Assembly (NCBI GenBank): GCA_038889235.1
Contig: JAWAHN010000001.1
Span: forward strand, 464,499-496,498
Direction of reading: 5' to 3'
DNA from: Candidatus Jordarchaeales archaeon
GTDB taxonomy: Archaea; Asgardarchaeota; Jordiarchaeia; Jordiarchaeales; Freyrarchaeaceae
Length of the DNA: 32,000 bases
The position numbers and the translations under genes were made by a program. Below, in pieces: positions 27,286-32,000 of this stretch; position 1 is the stretch's first letter, and the number at the start of each line of letters is the position of its first letter. The notes beneath the pieces are model-generated. The model worked only from the letters and a program-made list of their open reading frames with translations, was not told the origin of the DNA and ran no database searches.

Positions 27286-28680
27286 CTATTTAATGCATTG
27301 AATGAATGGACCTTTTGTAAAGTATTCATGTAGAATTACGGTTGTAGGATCTGACCCCAGATAATCTTCTATTCTTTTAAAAGCTTCGTCTGACTTGCTT
27401 AGAGGGATTACCTTAAGTTTCTCTGCGGCTAGCTTAGACCTGCAACCTATAACCATTATTTCTTCTACATATTCCAGGGTGAATGTTGCAGTATAGAGAC
27501 TGAAAAGCGGGTACAGTGGATGAGGCATTAAGCCGTCTTTGTATAGTTTAACTAGTGCCGGTTTTCTGATGTCGTCTTGCCTAGATGCTACTTCCTCTAT
27601 GGATTCCGCCTTGTCAAGGATTCCCAGTACCTCTTTTTCGGCCGGTGTAATCTCCGCCGCAGTGCAATTCGCGGCTGTTAGGAGTAAACCTCCTTTCCGG
27701 ATCACTGGAGAAATACGGTGGTTTCTAAGAACGAACGTTAGAGCTTGAACAAGTGATAGAACGTTGTCCGTAGAGTTGCCTAAGAGCGTCATATTGGGGA
27801 CGCCTATCACAGAAAGATCCCCCTGCCTCTTAAAGTGAACTAAGTACTGCTTGTCTGCCTCTGTCCACACAGCTTTCTCAACAGTACTCAGAGATCCCGC
27901 TTTGACTGAGAGGAGCTGCCCGCTCGTCGTCGCGACTAACTCAACGAAAAATATGGGGGAGCCCTTGACTTCTTCAATCACTTTGACAGATTCGTGGAAG
28001 AGCTTTTGAAGAGGATTTGAGGTTGGGTCACCGTTGCAGGCGGGATTACTTAACAGTTCTATGTCATAGTACTGTGATGTGGTTCTAATTGATGTAAGGT
28101 CGAGTGTCAGCGTTCGGGCACCGGAATTGTACCCCCCTAATGCCCCCCAAGGGAGAACCTTGGAGATGGATATTACGAGGTCTGACTCGGCAATCCATTT
28201 GTTGACTTCCATCGCTTCTCCAAATGGTGTTTCGCCAATTTTTACCATGAAGCCATCTTCTTCGCAGTCATGGACGACTACGTTGCATGCTTTGATCACT
28301 TCTTCTCCTACTAGGGACGCAAGTTCCTTGCGGCTTGGTTTCCTGTAAACACCGGTGGCTACGACAAGGGTTATATCTTTATACTTAACGCCGACGTTGC
28401 GAAGTTCGTTTAGCAAGATGTTGAGGACGCGCTTCCTGTAGCCTCCGGGAACCTGAGGACCGTCCACGAGAATTGCAACTCTACGTCCTTTCTTAACTAA
28501 GACTTGAAGGGGGTCGCTGTCGAGAGGATTTCTGATAGCGTCCATTATGTAGCTGTCAGGATTGTCTACCCCTTTTAGGGGTTCAACTCCAAGTGATAAC
28601 GACGGATAGGGCAGGGTGAGCTTAATGTATGAGTCAGCATAGGGGAGGTGAACGACAGAAGACAATAAAAACACCTCCAA
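27286..28680 (-). CDS. Lactate racemase (LarA/DUF2088)-like protein, degenerate active site
   Basis: DAIRNPLDS.PL, VAILVDG, LVVATG.YRKPS..EL, VHDCE and G.TPFG..MEVNK...ESDL motifs. Confidence 0.8.
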   Translation of the reverse strand: MEVFLLSSVVHLPYADSYIKLTLPYPSLSLGVEPLKGVDNPDSYIMDAIRNPLDSDPLQVLVKKGRRVAILVDGPQVPGGYRKRVLNILLNELRNVGVKYKDITLVVATGVYRKPSRKELASLVGEEVIKACNVVVHDCEEDGFMVKIGETPFGEAMEVNKWIAESDLVISISKVLPWGALGGYNSGARTLTLDLTSIRTTSQYYDIELLSNPACNGDPTSNPLQKLFHESVKVIEEVKGSPIFFVELVATTSGQLLSVKAGSLSTVEKAVWTEADKQYLVHFKRQGDLSVIGVPNMTLLGNSTDNVLSLVQALTFVLRNHRISPVIRKGGLLLTAANCTAAEITPAEKEVLGILDKAESIEEVASRQDDIRKPALVKLYKDGLMPHPLYPLFSLYTATFTLEYVEEIMVIGCRSKLAAEKLKVIPLSKSDEAFKRIEDYLGSDPTTVILHEYFTKGPFIQCIK

Positions 28681-28774
28681 CCAGCTTAGGATACAGGTTT
28701 AACATGTTTTCGAAAAATTTTATTAATTTGGGGGAGTTCAATATCCTTGGACTTCTCTAAAAGGAGACGGTAAA

Positions 28775-29230
28775 GTGAGTGACGATATAGGATTTATGCT
28801 GGATTTTGGGGAAAGCAAGAAGGTTAAACAATTAGCTGAAATTATAACTGGTCTTATAAACATAATTCTCAACGCCGTGGGGTTATTAGAGGATAGGATA
28901 AACCAGCTGGAAAGTGAACTAAGAAATTTGAGTAATGAGGTAAAAAGCCTCGAAATGAGGATGAACACACTTGAAACAAAAGCAACCGTACAGCCTCCAC
29001 CTGTAGCGCAACCAGTTATCGAAAGAGAGAGGGAGTATGCTTTCAACCATGATGTGAGACCTCTACAAACCATGCCAGTTAGGACGCCGGTGGCAACAAC
29101 ATCGATGGAGAGACCGGTAAGCGCGCCAAAAGCACCAAGCCCTACAGCACCATTAAACCCTGCCAGCGCACGAATGCAACTTCAATCCGAACTAAAGGAG
29201 CTCTTTAGCAGGCTTAGACGATCAGAATGA
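28775..29230 (+). CDS. Coiled-coil protein with Pro-rich linker and C-terminal amphipathic helix
   Basis: Heptads LEDRINQLESELRNLSNEVKSLEMRMNTLE, a Pro-rich stretch, then ARMQLQSELKELFSRLRR. Confidence 0.7.
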   Translation: MSDDIGFMLDFGESKKVKQLAEIITGLINIILNAVGLLEDRINQLESELRNLSNEVKSLEMRMNTLETKATVQPPPVAQPVIEREREYAFNHDVRPLQTMPVRTPVATTSMERPVSAPKAPSPTAPLNPASARMQLQSELKELFSRLRRSE

Positions 29231-29310
29231 TGGGAAATGGATTAAAAACGAGGTAAAAATAAAAGGTAAAACGATTTAAAGAAAAGCCGTGCATGCTGAG
29301 CTACTTCTTT

Positions 29311-30621
29311 TCACTTCTTGAGTCTTCTAACTTCTTCAAGTATCATTTCGAGGATCTCTTTGTCTGGTAGACATCCTTCTGGTGGATCGATAACCTTTCT
29401 CAACCTTATTGGGACACGATCCATTCTGTAGGCCGTTCCTTCCGCTTCTATCCCCACTATTGCCGGTGGGATTACTATTTTTGAGATTTCGACAGTTGGT
29501 GTTGGATGCGGTTCAATGACTGCTACTGGGATCTTAGCAAGGTGCCTTACGGCTGCTGCGGGGAAGTGAGATACTGGGTCACTAGCCACTACTAGTGCAG
29601 CATCGACCTCGCCTCTCATCAACAGGTCTATAGCCGTGGTTTCACCTGGGTTATAGTAGGGGAACCCTCTATGGAAGTCTATGGCGAACGGGTACCCCGT
29701 AACCCACGAGAAAGTTTCACCAGTACCTGTCACATTGTAGTGTCCACGCATGGGCATTAGTATCCATTTCGCGAACAAGTTAAGGTCTGCTATAAGACTT
29801 ATAGCGTTGTCAATGTTTCTATGTTTCCCTCTAGACATCGTAAGACCCATTCCGAAGAAGAGTGCGCCAAAGCCTGCGTTCTTCATTATTTCAACTACTT
29901 CTTTAATCTTTGAGACAGGGACCCCGCCTACCTCACTTGCATTGATAGAGTGACCCTTGAGTATTGCCCGCATAGCAGCTACTAACTCGTAGTCGTAACC
30001 CGGCTTGACTTGGATGAAGTAGTCAGCTAGCTTAGCGGTATCCGTCTTTCGTACATCAACAACTATTAGAGTTCTTTCTTTTCTTCCTTTCTCCCTGAAG
30101 AACCCTCTAGTGAACGCGGTATAGCGCGACATGTGACGTGGGTGAGCGTGAATAGGGTTAGACCCCCAGTAGACCACGACATCCGCTCTGTTTTTGACTT
30201 CCCCTAAAGTGCAAGTTGGGCAACCGACCTCTTGAACTGCAAGAACAGAGGGACCATGGCACACAGTCGTGGTACTGTCTATTACTCCACCTACTTCTTC
30301 AGCCAATTCAAGGCCTACCCTTTGAGCGTCACAATCAGTGTTGCTCCAGCCATAGAGGAGGGGGTGCTCAGCGTTAACTAAAATTTTAGCGGTTTCTTTA
30401 ACAGCCTTTTCTAAGGTGGTTTCCGTGAAAACTCCGTTTTTCTTTATGAGTGGTGTTCTTATACGGTGTTCACTCTGAGCATTGAGGAACTTGCTAGCAC
30501 CAACGGAGCAGACATTTTCAACTTCTATGATTCTTCCAACAGAATCTAATATTACCTTGACGTCATCGCAAAGTGAGCCGCATACAGGGCAAACAACGTC
30601 TGTGACTATTTCTCGAGACAT
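29311..30621 (-). CDS. fwdB: Formylmethanofuran dehydrogenase subunit B
   Basis: CPVCGSLCDD, TVCHGPS (Cys metal ligand, no UGA), NRADVVVYWG.NP.HAHPRH and PMRGHYNV motifs. Confidence 0.95.
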   Translation of the reverse strand: MSREIVTDVVCPVCGSLCDDVKVILDSVGRIIEVENVCSVGASKFLNAQSEHRIRTPLIKKNGVFTETTLEKAVKETAKILVNAEHPLLYGWSNTDCDAQRVGLELAEEVGGVIDSTTTVCHGPSVLAVQEVGCPTCTLGEVKNRADVVVYWGSNPIHAHPRHMSRYTAFTRGFFREKGRKERTLIVVDVRKTDTAKLADYFIQVKPGYDYELVAAMRAILKGHSINASEVGGVPVSKIKEVVEIMKNAGFGALFFGMGLTMSRGKHRNIDNAISLIADLNLFAKWILMPMRGHYNVTGTGETFSWVTGYPFAIDFHRGFPYYNPGETTAIDLLMRGEVDAALVVASDPVSHFPAAAVRHLAKIPVAVIEPHPTPTVEISKIVIPPAIVGIEAEGTAYRMDRVPIRLRKVIDPPEGCLPDKEILEMILEEVRRLKK

Positions 30622-30683
30622 CGTTAAACCTCCAAGTAAGGGCCATCATTCATAGGATTTCAAACGTAATATAATAGTTTTGG

Positions 30684-31082
30684 TTACGATTGAAGATTGC
30701 TTATTAGCGTCCTTATGTTGGGAACCGTTGACTCAAAAACGGGTTCAACAACCACTCGTGTCGCTTTAAACGAAGGCATACCCGTTGAATTTGTTTCGGG
30801 ATTAACTATCTTGTTCCCCCAGGGTCCCAGTGGAACCACAAGTATTCCCTTGTGAGGTTCATCTCTAGACCTTTCCGCCCTGAGAACCACTTCACCGTAA
30901 GGAGATTTCACGAGAACGTAGTCCCCCGGAAGGATGTCTAGTTCTTTCATGTCTTCGTAGTCCATGTAGCACACGCCGCAGGCTCTCTGGTAGCTGTACC
31001 CCATTTTCTCCCCTTCCCTAGCGGCGCCCTGTTCAACGGTTCTACACGTCACGAGAATCATTTCAAGAGACTTCTTAACCAT
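30684..31082 (-). CDS. fwdD: Formylmethanofuran dehydrogenase subunit D (molybdopterin dinucleotide-binding)
   Basis: LVTCRTVEQG...K and GPWGN....PET..TGMPSFK motifs; upstream of fwdB. Confidence 0.92.
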   Translation of the reverse strand: MVKKSLEMILVTCRTVEQGAAREGEKMGYSYQRACGVCYMDYEDMKELDILPGDYVLVKSPYGEVVLRAERSRDEPHKGILVVPLGPWGNKIVNPETNSTGMPSFKATRVVVEPVFESTVPNIRTLISNLQS

Positions 31083-31233
31083 AACATACCCTCCAGAAGG
31101 GTGGAAATGTGCTCGCTACAGGTCACCTACCAGCCGAGCGTTTTTAAGTACTCCAACCTTCACAAGCCGATAATCCAACTATTTCACGCTTAAAAAAGTT
31201 TTTCGCACATAGGTAAAAAGAGGCGTGGAAAAA

Positions 31234-31479
31234 TCAAAGTATTTTCATGGCGCCCGAGGGGCAGGCGTTTTCACACGCTCTACAGCTCGGAAGCAGTTCT
31301 ATACAAGCATTACTCACAACAGTACATACGCCGTTCACAAGCCGTAAGATTGGGGCATATTTCATCCAAATTAATGGGGTGCGCCTGTTTTCGGGGTTAA
31401 ATGGGCAGACTTCAATGCAGTTTCCACAACCCCAGCAGATTGTAGGGTCGACGGTTATTACCTTTTTCTCGCTTGTCAT
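31234..31479 (-). CDS. 2x[4Fe-4S] ferredoxin, FwdG-like
   Basis: CWGCGNCIEVCP and C....SCRACENACP motifs; upstream of fwdD. Confidence 0.85.
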   Translation of the reverse strand: MTSEKKVITVDPTICWGCGNCIEVCPFNPENRRTPLIWMKYAPILRLVNGVCTVVSNACIELLPSCRACENACPSGAMKIL

Positions 31480-31685
31480 GAATTATTCCCCGTGTGGAAC
31501 AGTGATGGGCTCAGCATTTTAAACTTATAGGGGGTCCAGCCCTAGACACTTGCACCGTATCACATGTAAAAGATTGAGGGCTACGCTTTTCCATCCTTTT
31601 ATAGAAACACAATTTTTTTAAGGACTGAAACATTGTAATAACCCGACACAGTTGACGATGTTCCCATCGTTAAGGAGGAGTTCTG

Positions 31686-31940
31686 ATGGAGTCTTATAAG
31701 CTCGCGAACATATACAAGCTGCACATAAACACAGCGCTTTGCGTCGGTTGCAATGATTGCGTCATAGCTTGTCCACATAATGCCAGTCTGCCTCCTGAAA
31801 TGAGGGGGGACGAGAAGAATTATACTATAATAGTCAAGAATGGGAAGGCTGTTGTGTCGAACCAGAGTTACTGTGACGGATGTGGAATATGTATCGAAGC
31901 TTGTGGGCCACGTGCGATAAGCTTGAGAGTTGTCAGGTGA
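31686..31940 (+). CDS. 2x[4Fe-4S] ferredoxin, FwdG/H-like
   Basis: CVGCNDCVIACP and CDGCGICIEACG motifs; SD AGGAGG. Confidence 0.85.
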   Translation: MESYKLANIYKLHINTALCVGCNDCVIACPHNASLPPEMRGDEKNYTIIVKNGKAVVSNQSYCDGCGICIEACGPRAISLRVVR

Positions 31941-31950
31941 GGTGATTTAA

Positions 31951-32000
31951 GTGTATCCTTACTGTGCATCTGAGATTAAGGAGGACAAAGTGGTCACCCG
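31951..32000 (+). CDS. Start of a gene running off the window (unknown product, possibly a further Fwd ferredoxin)
   Basis: SD GAGGTGA then GTG TAT CCT..., open to the window end. Only 16 codons visible. Confidence 0.35.
   Translation, partial: MYPYCASEIKEDKVVT

Overview
Archaeal genomic DNA, most likely from a thermophilic Asgard lineage such as Jordarchaeia/Freyarchaeia. That is an inference from an Asgard-type longin protein, TPR proteins, archaeal TpiA/ArgRS/Fwd genes and BHB-type tRNA introns. About 25 CDSs are supported: a TPR/longin/SNAP-like cluster, a large membrane-anchored subtilase lacking its catalytic Ser, TtuA, NikR, an isolated NuoJ/K/L/M/N-type membrane arm, a divergent AOR, an HDAC-family enzyme, ArgRS, an RHH regulator, an M24 fold lacking metal ligands, a DUF89 phosphatase, TpiA, a degenerate LarA-like protein and fwdB/D plus ferredoxins. 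The most striking signal is outside the ORF track. All three tRNA genes are interrupted, with nine BHB introns in total by hand reconstruction. tRNA-Arg(GCG) at 20488-20659 is split into six exons by FIVE introns. tRNA-Arg(CCG) at 22693-22849 has three introns, and these two genes directly flank argS on the same strand. tRNA-Ala(CGC) has a D-arm intron. A GC-rich structured ncRNA candidate lies at about 22942-23106. All RNA structures and motif alignments were done by eye and need computational and experimental confirmation.
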